Source: Bispira polyomma (lineage: Eukaryota). From it: 64,000 bases of DNA. Shown here one piece after another: positions 1 to 11,638 of this stretch (positions are counted from its first letter, which is position 1; each line of letters begins with the position of its first letter). Made by a program: the position numbers and the translations under genes. The notes under the pieces were generated by a model, which saw nothing but the letters and a program-made list of their open reading frames with translations, was not told the origin of the DNA and did no database searches. The DNA is taken from contig OZ287754.1 of assembly GCA_965649765.1 (NCBI GenBank), positions 46,004,001-46,068,000 on the forward strand, given 5' to 3'.

Positions 1-1083
1 GAGCAGAAAAATCCTTTAACAACTACTACCCCTAATCTGAGTTTCATCATCAGTAAATTGTCCGTCAGGATATGCCACAAGACGTTTTGTGAAAGCGATG
101 TTAAACCCAAAATAAATTAAATTAAGGGGTTGCGAGGGTCATAGGCCACTGTTTTTTTTATTCTGATGTAAAAGTTGGCCTCCCCCAAAAACATCAATTT
201 GACATTATTGTCTCAAGTAAAACTACATTTGTTTTAGCAAATAGATAAAGTTCTCTTGATCAAAAGCACCATGTTCGAATTGTGGTACTGGTAAAATGTC
301 GCAACGAAATAATAGTTTATGGTGTTACCTTTCCTCCTTTCAAACCAATACTTGTAGTGCAGGCAACAACAAGTGTATAGTACATAATATATAAGTGGCT
401 ATACATCTTAATATACACATCGTTGGTGTCCATTATTTGTGGATGCACCAGTTATATTGTGTTATATATTCAGAGTGTTCTCAAAACAAGAATTGAAACC
501 ATACAGAAAGTGGTGAAATGATTCAAATGTTTACATTTTAGACACCCCTTTTAACATGGGGGTAATGGACCTTAAATATAAGACTAATTGACATGTCATT
601 TCAGAAAACTGACGAAATGGGTATGGGTTGCTGTCCTTAGTAAAATACGATTACCAAGATGACATTAAATTTAAAATATCACTCTTGTCAATGAGTATAA
701 ATAACAATTTTTATTTTTATTGATATTATTATATTTCTATTTATTATGTTATTGGTCTGTCTAATACTGCAGTTTTAATGATAGCCAGCAAGACATCCAA
801 ATATTTCTTTGTTTTAACTAGCCGATTTTTAAATCCAAGACTTTCAGAACTCCTTAATAATGAAATAAGAGGTTATAATATTACTTCACTCTGAGAAATA
901 TCCATTAGAGTTATTAGTCTTTCTATGGCTAAATATATTATGAACAAATCTTATGTGCCAGATACTTACAAACTACTGTTCTGTGTTATTATTATAATAA
1001 CTATTCAATATCAAGCTATTCATATATCAAGTGTAACCCAATGTTTATGTTAGGATGCACTTTAGTGTTGTCTTTTTAAAAGA

Positions 1084-1350
1084 GGGCCGCGGTGGCCTAG
1101 TGGTTAGCAAGCATTGCGCCTCACAATCACTGGTCTCTCATCTCTGGGATCGGCTGGCATGGGTTCGACTCCCATTGATGCCTATGTGGGAAAGGTGGTA
1201 GTTCCTTATTGTGGGCTGCTGGTTTCAGTGCAGAATCTTGATCAACTGTATACAGTGTTTCATCCAGTGTTTCCAACTACCCGTCCCAATATAACCTAAA
1301 CAGGTACTAGAGTGGACGTTAAATATCCAAATTCAAATTCAAAAATTCAA
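1084..1350 (+). mobile_element. tRNA-derived SINE, family 1 (MetaSINE-like body), copy 1
   Basis: Pol III A-box TGGCCTAGTGG and B-box GGTTCGACTCC, short-repeat tail (CAAATT)n. Near-identical full copies on the minus strand at 48382-48633 and 55322-55579. Confidence 0.9.
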
Positions 1351-1939
1351 GTATCTTTAAAAATGAAATATTGTGACTCAGTCCCGAATTACCCTACTGA
1401 AATTACAGCCGACAGTTATATTCCCAGTTTTAAATGATTCTTTTTATAACAATAGAAAAATCCCCAGAATAGACAAATAGTAAATAAAAATGAGTTAACA
1501 TTTTTTTTCAATGGCAAAAATTCCCACTGTTTAATTTATAAACTCCATTCACAAAACACTTACAAATTTTAAAAGGAATAAATAATAATTATTATAATTA
1601 TAATAAAGGGGGGATATTAGCCAGGGAAATACTAGGTAATTACCTGTGGGGTATGGGTTCATACCTTTAAGAAGTGAAGTGTCAAATATGCTTAGCACGA
1701 CCATGTAGGGGTCTGCTGGTTCAATTCGACGTTAATTATGTATAACCTTAATTAGCTAGGTTCACTCTGTTATCCCCCTCTTCTCTCTATCATGCTTAGC
1801 CAATCATATAGCTACCCTGTCTTTGGGGATAGCTTTCCCTTAGCATTCCACCATTTTACATTTATGTTTACATCGATCAACAAGTGGAAAATTTATTTCT
1901 TTTTAATTAAACTGATTTTAACTGATTTAGTGTTTTAAT

Positions 1940-3043
1940 TTGTGTGTCATGGGAAGGACAAAGAAAACACCAGTTAGCGTGCCTCAACAGGGGAAAAAGA
2001 AGACGACGGTTAGAAAGCCAAATAGTGTGAATGGCCAACTTAGACAAGGTACTATTGTTACTAATTCTGACCCCTTGGCTTTAAATCTTCAAAGTATGCT
2101 AGCGGAAGCAGCTACAGTCCCCGATACAACTTCTGTGCAGTCGAGTATGGGTGAAGTCCTATCCGTCTTAAAAAAGCTTGAATCAGCTAAAGCAGATATA
2201 CATAAACGTCTGGACCGGGTGGAGGCCCGTGGCTCGTGTAATTCAACTCCCCCAGGTTCTCCTACAGGGGCTTCTCACAATGGTTCAATAACGGACCACA
2301 TACAGGCAACAGATTTTGCGTTACCTGCCCCCCTCAGAGATCACACACGGGGTCGAGTCAGCCATGCTCCTCTCCAATCCGGACACCAAGATTATCAACG
2401 GGATGGGATAATTCCCAAGGTCGACGTGCTACGCTCATTACCTGAAGTTACGGCTGCCGTGAATGAGCGTCTGGCCAGTTATGATGCACTATTAACGAGT
2501 GACATTATTCAAGGTAAGATGGCTACAAGGAAAAAATCAGGTCGTTATAACACTACGGACATAGCGGGAGCTGAACCACAACTTAGATGGCCCAATGAGG
2601 GCTGTGTGGGAGTAGCCACACAAAAGCGGCCTAACTTTGATGAGCTGATGCTGCCCTAATGGGCTGCGGGTCAGCTTTTTAATATCTCACAAGTACAGGA
2701 CCCAGTGTTGCTCAAACAGATGTTAAATCAAGTTATATATTCGCTACGTGATGCTTCTTCTCTCCCATGGCCGGCTGTCAGGGCTGCATGGGCAGCCAAC
2801 ATGCAGGAGGTGGAAGAGGGGCGTCTCACATGGGAAGACGCTACACAGTGGGCATTATCACGTATGAACGTATCACAACTCACATTAGTAAATACTCAAA
2901 ATTCGCAGCACCATGGGCAATATAAACATGTGTGTTCCAACTGTAGCAGAATGTTGAACAAAGAACTACCTCACACAGCAGCTAAGTGTGAAAAAAATAG
3001 TGTACCTAAACAGCAGGGGCAGGGGTTTAATAATAAGGAATAG
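1940..3043 (+). pseudogene. ORF1 gag-like protein of the YR retrotransposon (one premature TAA at 2657-2659)
   Basis: ORFs 1940-2659 and 2705-3043 are in the same frame, separated by one stop. Coiled-coil-like segment, WPAVRAAW..MQEVEEGRLTW motif, C-terminal Cys/His cluster (HVCSNC...H....C). Confidence 0.75.
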
Positions 3044-3103
3044 GAAGTTTGTCAGCAACTAACTAGTAGAACAATCAGAGAGTGTGGGTATTATGGCAGT
3101 AAC

Positions 3104-5973
3104 GTGTGTAAAGGTGTTAATGAAGTAGACTTAGTATATGCTAGTAATGGATCAGACAGTAGTGTTAAATGTTGGACTTTAAACAATAAAGCTTTAGATG
3201 AAAACATTATGAGCAGTGACAGTCAAATTGTCATAGAAGAGAAAGTAAATAATGCTAATTTAGAGGAATTAGATATTGACAATTATGATAGGATTATAAA
3301 TACAGCTCAGTTAATAGATCATAAATATATTAATAATGACAATCATATGAGTTTTTCAGATTGTTCACTCAGCATTGCATGTACTAATACTTCCAGAGAC
3401 AGTCAGCCTGTGGCTCAGCAGTCTTCCACTGAGGAGATGGCAGATGCAGGTAGCTCTGGGTATGACAGCACTAAACCTTTTCTTGACAATAACATTTGTT
3501 ACACTAACAATAACCAGGTAGTTAAGGGTGCAGCTAATTCATGTAACATAAGTGCTGATACTAGATGCTATGTAAATAATGAAGTGCAAGCTGCACAGAC
3601 AGCTGATAGTAAGGGCACATGTGGTTTACTAACATACACAGCCACAGCATCAGTTTGTAACTGGTTAATCCAAAGTGGCCTGGGAATTCAGAATGTCATA
3701 CACTTTAAAGTGCATGGTCTTGAAGCTGCCTCGAGTTTCTGTTGTCAGGAGTATAATAGGACAGATGGCACTATTTTCTACAGGAAAGTAACTGAAATTC
3801 CTATCGAGTTTTTGCAAATTTTATATGTTACAGAAATGGTTGTCACAATAAATCCAGCCCAATGGGCGTATCAACAATATAATAGTGCTCAAAAAGAACA
3901 GGCTGAACTGGCTTACTATTATTACAACAGAGACTGCGAGTGCAGTAAAGTTTATGGTTGTGGTTACACACAACATATTGAGAACATAATAGATAAATTA
4001 ACTGAATGTGATGACAACCAAAGTGCTAGTCATAATGCACCCATAAATGGTAAAAATGTTCTAATACATAATATTAACATTACTAACTCGACGTCCATCC
4101 GTGTGGCTCAAGAGAACATTGTGGGTTGGTCGGCCGACCATACTCGTAATCCAGTCATTGATCATGCTCATACGTGTAATGTCACACTTAAGGCTAAGGT
4201 AAGTCGCTCTTCTTCGAAAACTGAGACAACAGACGTCCATTATGATATAGGTACAGTAGGATTCATTAGACTTTCCAATACAGATTATAAATTTATTGGC
4301 CCAGACAGGGAGCCTATAGCTATCAACAGTGTTGACGATATGCTTCACACTGCTGAAATAATAAGAGATACAGGATTACCCAATTATCGATCAGCTAGGA
4401 TACCACTTAAGTATGGTCTTAATGTGGCAGCGTGGGAAGAACTTCTGCTTCACCACTCTGATAAGTTGCTCTTACAATACATAAAGTTTGGGTTTCCCCT
4501 GTCCTTAGATGATCCTAAGTTACTTCATAATAGCAACAGCATTAATCACCACTCTGCAATATAATACCCTCTAGAGGTGCTTCAATATCTTGAAAAGGAA
4601 AAGCCCAAGGGTGCCATGTTGGGCCCAGTTAGCACAATCAATGATACACATTTCCATTCTTCACCGTTGTTAACTAGACCAAAAGACTTAGATAAACCTA
4701 GAGTGATACTCAATCTTTCCTACCCATATAACTTATCTGTCAACAGCCAAGTAGTCAGGGATTCTTTTGATAACACAAAGTTTGTACTTAGATTCCCCAC
4801 AATTGACCATATCACTAAGGAAATCAGAGACATTAATGACCCAGTAGTATTTAAAACAGATGTCTCATGAGCTTTCCGTAACCTGAGGGTAGACCCCGTA
4901 GATGCCATAAAGTTGGGTATAAATTGGGATAGTAACTACTACGTCGACGCTGCCGTGGCATTTGGCTGGGCCCACGGCAGTGCGGCGTTTCAGCGTTGCT
5001 CAGATATTATTGCTGATTATATGAGATCACATGGGTTTACTTTGTTTTGTTACATAGACGATTATGCCTGCGTATGTACCAGAAGTAAGGCAAGTGCAGG
5101 TTACACTATCCTACATAACATTTTGAACAAATTAGGTCTTCCAATCAATGATGAGAAATCTGTTACTCCTGGCACATTCATGACTTTTCTAGGCATTGCC
5201 ATTGATATCATTAAGGGCACCATCAGTATCAACCAAGATAAGATTGACCAAATTTACCAAGAACTGCAGCATATTATCACCAAAACCTGGCTTTCACGTC
5301 CCAAATACCAGAGCATGTTAGGAAAGCTACTATATATTCATAAGTGTGTCAAGCCTGCAAGGACATTTGTTAATAGATTACTGGCTGTCTTTAGAGACAA
5401 TCCAGGTGCCAAGAGATTCAAAATCACCAATAATATCAGACAAGACATCACATAGTTCATTTCGTTCTTACCTCACTTTAACGGCATAACATACATATCA
5501 CCTACAGATATACCAAATATGCAAGAGTTTCACTTAGATGCTTGCCTGACAGGTTTCGGCGGTATCTGGAACAAGGAAGTTTACGCTGCACCAATACATA
5601 TGGGCGTGACCTTGCCATTACTCAACTAGAAATGTTGAATATCATTTTAGCCCTAAGGCTTTGGGGTAAGCACTGGGCCCATCAGAGAGTCACAGTAAGA
5701 TGTGACAATCTGGCCATGGTGTTAGTTGTTGACACGGGTAAAACTAAAGATTCATTCTTAGCCACATGTATAAGTAACATATGGTTACTAACTTCCAGTT
5801 TCGACATTACATTGCACATACAGCACATTAAGGGAAAACAAAATGTTAAGGCAGATGCTTTATCTCGTATTTACTCAAGTAAGCCACCTAGTAGCCAAGT
5901 AATGAAAGAACTTAGTCAGTATTGTTACAAACATATACCACTAGATTTCTTCAATCTTAATTATGCTATATAA
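3104..5973 (+). pseudogene. ORF2 reverse transcriptase / RNase H of the YR retrotransposon (3 in-frame stops, 1 frameshift near 5595)
   Basis: ORFs 3104, 4577 and 4913 share a frame. RT motifs KPRVILNLS, KTDVS(R)AFRNL, FGWAHGS, YIDD. RNase H motifs HLDACLTGFGG, QLEMLN, CDN, NVKADALSR. Confidence 0.9.
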
Positions 5974-5979
5974 TTGTAG

Positions 5980-6579
5980 GTTCTTCCTCTTCCACATTAC
6001 ATCTGGGGCTGGCTGCCATACATAGAATCAACTCTGCTCTGAGGCCTTCCACCACTGGTGCTTACACATCCCATTCAAGAACTAAATTTGACCATTCCAG
6101 ATATTTCTTGCCGCAAGATGTTGTTTTTGGCCCTCCAGGGGCACATTTGATCCTTAAGTGGGCAAAGAATATGCAGAACAGGTCTGACACACACATCATC
6201 CAGCTCCCTTCTCTACAGGATAAAGTCCTCTGCCCAGTAGCTGCTTTACAAAAAATATTACATTCTAGACCCCCTTAAACCTTTCCAACCCCTCTTTGCT
6301 TGCTTAGCCCCTCCCCATCACCCTATTGTAGACTCTCACATCAGATCTGCACTAAAGTCAGTCCTCCAACATTTAGGGGTGGACCATAGTTACCATGGAT
6401 TCCACACTTTCCGTAGATCTGGGGCTTCCCTAGCTTTCAACAATAATGTTTCTCTCCAACAGATTATGTCACATGGCCTTTGGCGCAGCTCAGCTGTGTG
6501 GGCTTATCTTCAAAATTCTTCTTCCCAAGCTTCTATAGTTCCACTTACTTTTGCTTCCACCATCCCCCCTTCTTCCTAG
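5980..6579 (+). pseudogene. Tyrosine recombinase of the retrotransposon (internal deletion near 6085, frameshift near 6275)
   Basis: Starts ..SALRPSTTGAY.., then LILKWAKN..LCPVAAL, then catalytic HTFRRSGAS (HxxR) and HGLWRSSAVWAY (H/W..Y). The box-I Arg region is missing. Confidence 0.85.
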
Positions 6580-6724
6580 TTTGGGTATATTTAAAATCTC
6601 TACCAAGGTTTCAATTTTAAACCTTTTTATAATTGTATATGTAAAATTAATACTAACTTGTACAGAATAAATTCTGCAAACACATCTTTCATTGACTTCT
6701 CAAGGTCACCTTAAAGTGGAACTG

Positions 6725-7573
6725 TGCTTAGCACGACCATGGAGGGGTCTGCTGGTTCAGTTTGACTTTAATTATGTATAACCTTAATTAGCTAGGTTCA
6801 TGCTGTTATCCCCCTCTTCTCTCTATCATGCTTAGCCAATCATATAGCTACCCTGTCTTTGGGGATAGCTTTCCCTTAGCATTCCACTATTTTACATTTA
6901 TGTTTACATCGATCAACAAGTGGAAAATTTATTTCTTTTTAATTAAACTGATTTTAACTGATTTAGTGTTTTAATTTGTGTGTCATGGGAAGGACAAAGA
7001 AAACACCAGTTAGCGTGCCTCAACAGGGGAAAAAGAAGACGACAGTTAGAAAGCCAAATAGTGTGAATGGCCAACTTAGACAAGGTACTATTGTTACTAA
7101 TTCTGACCCCTTGGCTTTAAATCTTCAAAGTATGCTAGCGGAAGCAGCTACAGTCCCCGATACAACTTCTGTGCAGTCGAGTATGGGTGAAGTCCTATCC
7201 GTCTTAAAAAAGCTTGAATCAGCTAAAGCAGATATACATAAACGTCTGGACCGGGTGGAGGCCCGTGGCTCATGTAATTCAACTCCCCCAGGTTCTCCTA
7301 CAGGGGCTTCTCACAATGGTTCAATAACGGACCACAGACAGGCAACAGATTTCGCGTTACCTGCCCCCCTCAGAGATCACACACGGGGTCGAGTCAGCCA
7401 TGCTCCTCTCCAATCCGGACACCAAGATTATCAACGGGATGGGATAATTCCCAAGGTCGACGTGCTACACTCATTACCTGAAGTTACGGCTGCCGTGAAT
7501 GAGCGTCTGGCCAGTTATGATGCACTATTAACGAGTGACATTATTCAAGGTAAGACGGCTACAAGGAAAAAAT
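6725..7573 (+). repeat. Direct repeat A2 (849 bp) of 1689-2537, including the 5' part of gag
   Basis: Constant 5036-bp offset with few substitutions. Explains ORF 6976-7623. Confidence 0.95.
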
Positions 7574-7688
7574 GCTTAGCCAATCATATAGCTACCCTGT
7601 CTTTGGGGATTGCTTTCCCTTAGCATTCCACCATTTTACATTTATGTTTACATCGATCAACAAGTGGAAAATTTATTTCTTTTTAATT
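7572..7688 (+). repeat. Third copy of a 117-bp sub-repeat (also 1792-1908 and 6828-6944)
   Basis: ATGCTTAGCCAATCATATAGC...TTTCTTTTTAATT is present three times. Confidence 0.9.
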
Positions 7689-8085
7689 CCCACCTTCCTC
7701 CCCTCATTCCACCTTATCTAAGGTTTTCTCTTTCCATTTATCTTATTATTTACTTTTCAACAACACACTCTAGTGCTAGCAGGTTCAGTTTTGTGTTCAT
7801 TTCTTGCTGGCCTCATCACTTTGCAGCTGTAAGTTTTCCAAAAATTATACATTGCAATTGTTAACTTGTCTCTTCCTACTTTTAACATGTAACGTTTTAC
7901 TCTAGCAACTTATTTTCTTACTATTGTTATTGTTGTTTTGCTAAAAGGCAAGTACTATTATACTTCATCTTTTATGCTATTGTGGTGAGAGCCACTCTAT
8001 TATTCCTAGTTATTTTACAGGGACGTTTTATACTATGTTCTAACCAGGGCTAGTCCCGTTTACACTGTGTTGCACATGCTAGTCA

Positions 8086-8263
8086 TGGGTATATTTAAAA
8101 TCTCTACCAAGGTTTCAATTTTAAACCTTTTTATAATTGTATATGTAAAATTAATACTAACTTGTACAGAACAAATTCTGCAAACACATCTTTCATTGAC
8201 TTCTCAAGGTCACCTTAACTTAACTGACCTCAACCTCACCTGACCTTAAAGTGGAACTGTGCT
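8086..8263 (+). repeat. Direct repeat B2 of 6582-6728
   Basis: TGGGTATATTTAAAATCTCTACC...GTGGAACTGTGCT in both copies. B2 has a 31-bp insertion. Confidence 0.95.
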
Positions 8264-8718
8264 ACTAATTCCCTTTATGGGAGCAGGTACTAAAGAGCAT
8301 GAACCTTCTCCTGCTTGTGTGTGTTTGTCTAGTGAGTGAGTGTTCTGAGCCCATATTCTTGAAACTAAAAGAATTAATTAAGCTCAACACTTAGTATTCA
8401 ACTCAAGTGAAAGTTTTAGGTGTGTAATACTCTGTGACCATTCATTTTGACAGAGCTTTCAGTGCTGAATTCCAATATGCATTTAGATTTGATGTATTTA
8501 CTGAGAGAGATAGGTAGGTAGACCTCCTTACACATGTTGAGCTTGAGTGGAGTCTTGAGAAATTTGGAGAATATAATATTATGGCTCCTGGTCTATTTTG
8601 TTGTGCCATTTCTTATACCAGATAAACCCCCTTTGAAAGCAATGTTTTCATTGGATATCCACTGAAAATACTATTGCCTTCAATGTAAATATTTGACTAG
8701 AATGGATACATGTCCCCT

Positions 8719-8756
8719 TATATATAGATACATATATATATATATATATATATATA
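8719..8756. repeat. (TA)n microsatellite
   Basis: Direct reading. Confidence 0.9.
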
Positions 8757-9746
8757 TTATACCAGTGTGTATGTGCTTTGGCCTAAACCCACTGGAATGT
8801 TGTTTTGGGAAAAAAACTCTTTTCACCCACTGTATACGAGAATTCCTGTGAAGTACTTATTTTATGCTTTTTTACTTTTTTTGGCCCATAGCTTGTATAT
8901 ATGAGTGACAATATACATTGAATGGATGAGACCATTATTCTCTCAGTTTAAAAGTTTAATTAGGATGTTGAAAAAATTAAGAGACCCACGGTGTGGTAAT
9001 AAAAAAAATGGAGCCTTGTATCGCCAAGCTGAACAAATTCCAGAATTTGATATCTTAATCTAAGGGATCTTATTTCATGATACTATGATGTATTATTTTT
9101 GGAAAGAGGACAAAAGAGTCTTTTAAGCTGTCAGAAGGATGAATAGTCCATATCTCCTTATGTGCCATGTTTAAAATAAGAAGATCCATTCAGGATCATA
9201 CCATTCTCACAGAGAAACATAGAGACATACATAGTGTCTCTACGTCCTAATGCACATATCCACCATAATTCAAAACAAAAGATGTGGTCAATTATTTAAA
9301 ATCATTTCTTTTAAATTAAATGTGTTTTACTATTCCAACATATTTAATTTTAAAGTGTGGGGCACCAGACTGTATTGGATACTCTAAATAGGGTGCGGCT
9401 ATGTTGGACACACCTGCCATGTTGTAAATAGTATATAAGGCCCTTCATGGCTTGATTATGAACCCGGCCAAAACTACTGATAGGTACCAGATAAATATTA
9501 TTAAGACCTGGCTGATATTGCTGCCATGTTGGAAATATTATGTAAGGCCATTCATGGATTTGTACGAAGCAATCAACCTGGCCAAACTCAGGGTATTAGA
9601 TTAATATTTCGCACACTGCATGCCTGTGTCTTTTTTAAACATAAATCTATTTGAATCTTTATGAAATATATATTTTTATCGTGATTACTTTTGTTATACC
9701 CTTAATTCCAAGTCGGTATTTTGCAAGGAAAATAGTCAAAAGCATG

Positions 9747-9897
9747 TGGAAGGCGCTAGTTTCGAACCTACCTCAAACTTCCACCATGCACAGTCGACTG
9801 CAGAAGGGTCGGTGAATAAGCTAAACTTAAGAGAAGTTATAGATATGGTTCCCCGTACTACAGGGCGCTCTTCTTTGCCGTTCCTTACCGCCTCTCC
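9747..9897 (-). other. tRNA-like degenerate element (possible SINE head or tRNA pseudogene)
   Basis: Minus-strand GGAGAGGCG...CGCCTTCCA end pairing and GGTTCGAA T-loop-like motif, but no canonical cloverleaf. Confidence 0.3.
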
Positions 9898-11240
9898 ATA
9901 CTGTCATAGTGTGGATAAACCCCACATAAACCACAGAATCAATCCAACGCAATTTCATTCTGTTGAGCCTGCCCCTTTTATGTATATGGATATTTTTATA
10001 TATGTATATGTAATTGAATGCCCTGGTACATTCAGTCCTGGCTATCTGTCCCCCCCCCCCCCACCACCCAACCCTATTAAGCCTGACTCAATGGAGCTGT
10101 GAAATGTCTTGTAAAAGACTGTGTTGACAAAAAGGACTGAACCAACCCCAGACAATGTGAACTTGAGTGAATAGATCTGCACCTCTTCAGAGCTGTCTGT
10201 CCTCTATCAAAGAAGTTAAGGCTTGGGAATGTTTTTATTTCGGGGAGAGAAATGTTCATTGAAAATGGTACATCTTTAGATTTAGAATGTTTTTGATTTC
10301 AAATCATTATAAATAAAACTGAAGTAATATCAATAAATGAACACTGTATATAAGAGTATTATGGTTCTTTTTTCACCCCCAATTGCAAGTCTGCTGACAC
10401 AAAGTAAACTGTTAAGGGATAACTTACTTCTTCCTTTATAACTAACAAATATTGGTTGGAATTGACCCACAAATTAAGCCTCCACTGGCTCTGAATTAAG
10501 CCAGCCCTTTTTAATGGGTTTTGTAAACATACTTGACACAAGGGAATCTGATTTTTATAGCTTGAATAGTTCATTAATATGTCAGACACTGAGGCATTGA
10601 GCATTAAAGAGACGAGACACGTCATATAGATTTTAAGCTGCATTTTTTTTATTTCTTCTTTTTTTTTGTATTTTCTCCAACAAAGAAATATCATTAAAAG
10701 AATACTGATATAGCAGATAAATAGTATAGAAATGTGGTACAAATGGAGCATAGTTATTTCAAATTTGTAAATTTGTAAATGGTCTCTCCATGCGTTCACA
10801 TAAATCATGTACATGCTTGTGCCAACCTAACAACACATACAGGAAAAAGTTTTGCCAATTAAAAAAGGCAACTTTTTAATAATTAATATATATGTTATTA
10901 TATCTTCTTAAAACAAGTTATTCTGTATTATGTGTAATTAGAAACCCTTTTCTGTGTTAAATCAAAACTTCAATATCGCATGGGTAATTATGGAGTTGCT
11001 GTGTCAAATGAGATAAGTAGGAGAATATAACATGGTAGTTAGAGTTCTATAACATAATGGTGTACACTGCAGATCCAAACATATCAAAATCATGTATCAT
11101 TTCTCACACTTGCTATTAACTACACTGGTTATGCCTATATAAAGTAATGAATAAACTTCCAAATTGTGTTACATATATTTAAAGCCCTAACTAGGCTTGT
11201 TCCATAATACATGAGTGATACGCTAACAATACGTAGACTA

Positions 11241-11612
11241 GTAGCTGAGCGGCCAGCCCAATGAAAAATATTTAATGCGTACCGAATACTAAAAGCTAAA
11301 TATTTTATTTAAAAGAGGGATGTCTCCTGAACATATCTAGCCCTGTTGTACTCAATATTTCATGCCAGATACCGAGATATCACAACTTCTTTGAGAGTAC
11401 CATCAGTCAATTTATAGGCGAAAAAATGGCGAATTTACAGAAATGATACAACAAATATTTTTAATAACAAATACTCATTTTTTTCACATCAGAGGCATTA
11501 AATCAATCTATATCACTAATTTATGTGATGCATAATATATAAAAGGTTATATCTATTTAAAAATGGCAAATTTTTAATATGGCTTTTTAGAGGCTTTGGC
11601 TGCTCAGCTGCA
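11241..11612. mobile_element. Possible MITE remnant
   Basis: Imperfect inverted repeat GTAGCTGAGCGGCCA / TGGCTGCTCAGCTGC. No clear TSD. Confidence 0.4.
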
Positions 11613-11638
11613 GCAAGAACATTTAAGATCCACCAGTA

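Larger units (their letters stand above)
1689..8263 (+). mobile_element. Tyrosine-recombinase retrotransposon (DIRS order, Ngaro-like split direct repeats), degraded
   Basis: Order is gag-like ORF, RT/RNase H, YR. Repeats: A 1689-2537 = 6725-7573; B 6582-6728 = 8086-8263 (second B has 31 extra bp). This gives an A...B-A...B layout. Confidence 0.9.

Noticed and set aside
1084-1175. Possible tRNA genes at SINE heads (also 15181, 16680, 56036)
   Set aside because: A and B boxes are present, but there is no valid cloverleaf and they continue into SINE bodies.
1114-1299. 61-aa ORF, and its twin at 48419-48601
   Set aside because: Lies wholly within a SINE and starts at TTG. The similarity reflects repeat copies.
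4061-4908. Minus-strand ORFs 4061-4348 and 4720-4908
   Set aside because: Antisense shadows of the RT ORF with no motifs.
1689-7573. The 849-bp direct repeats as LTRs of a Gypsy/Copia element
   Set aside because: No TG..CA ends, PBS/PPT, protease or DDE integrase. A tyrosine recombinase and a second split repeat are present instead.
10359-10814. 151-aa ORF with a TM-like stretch
   Set aside because: AT-rich low-complexity composition, no motif, and no supportable exon structure.
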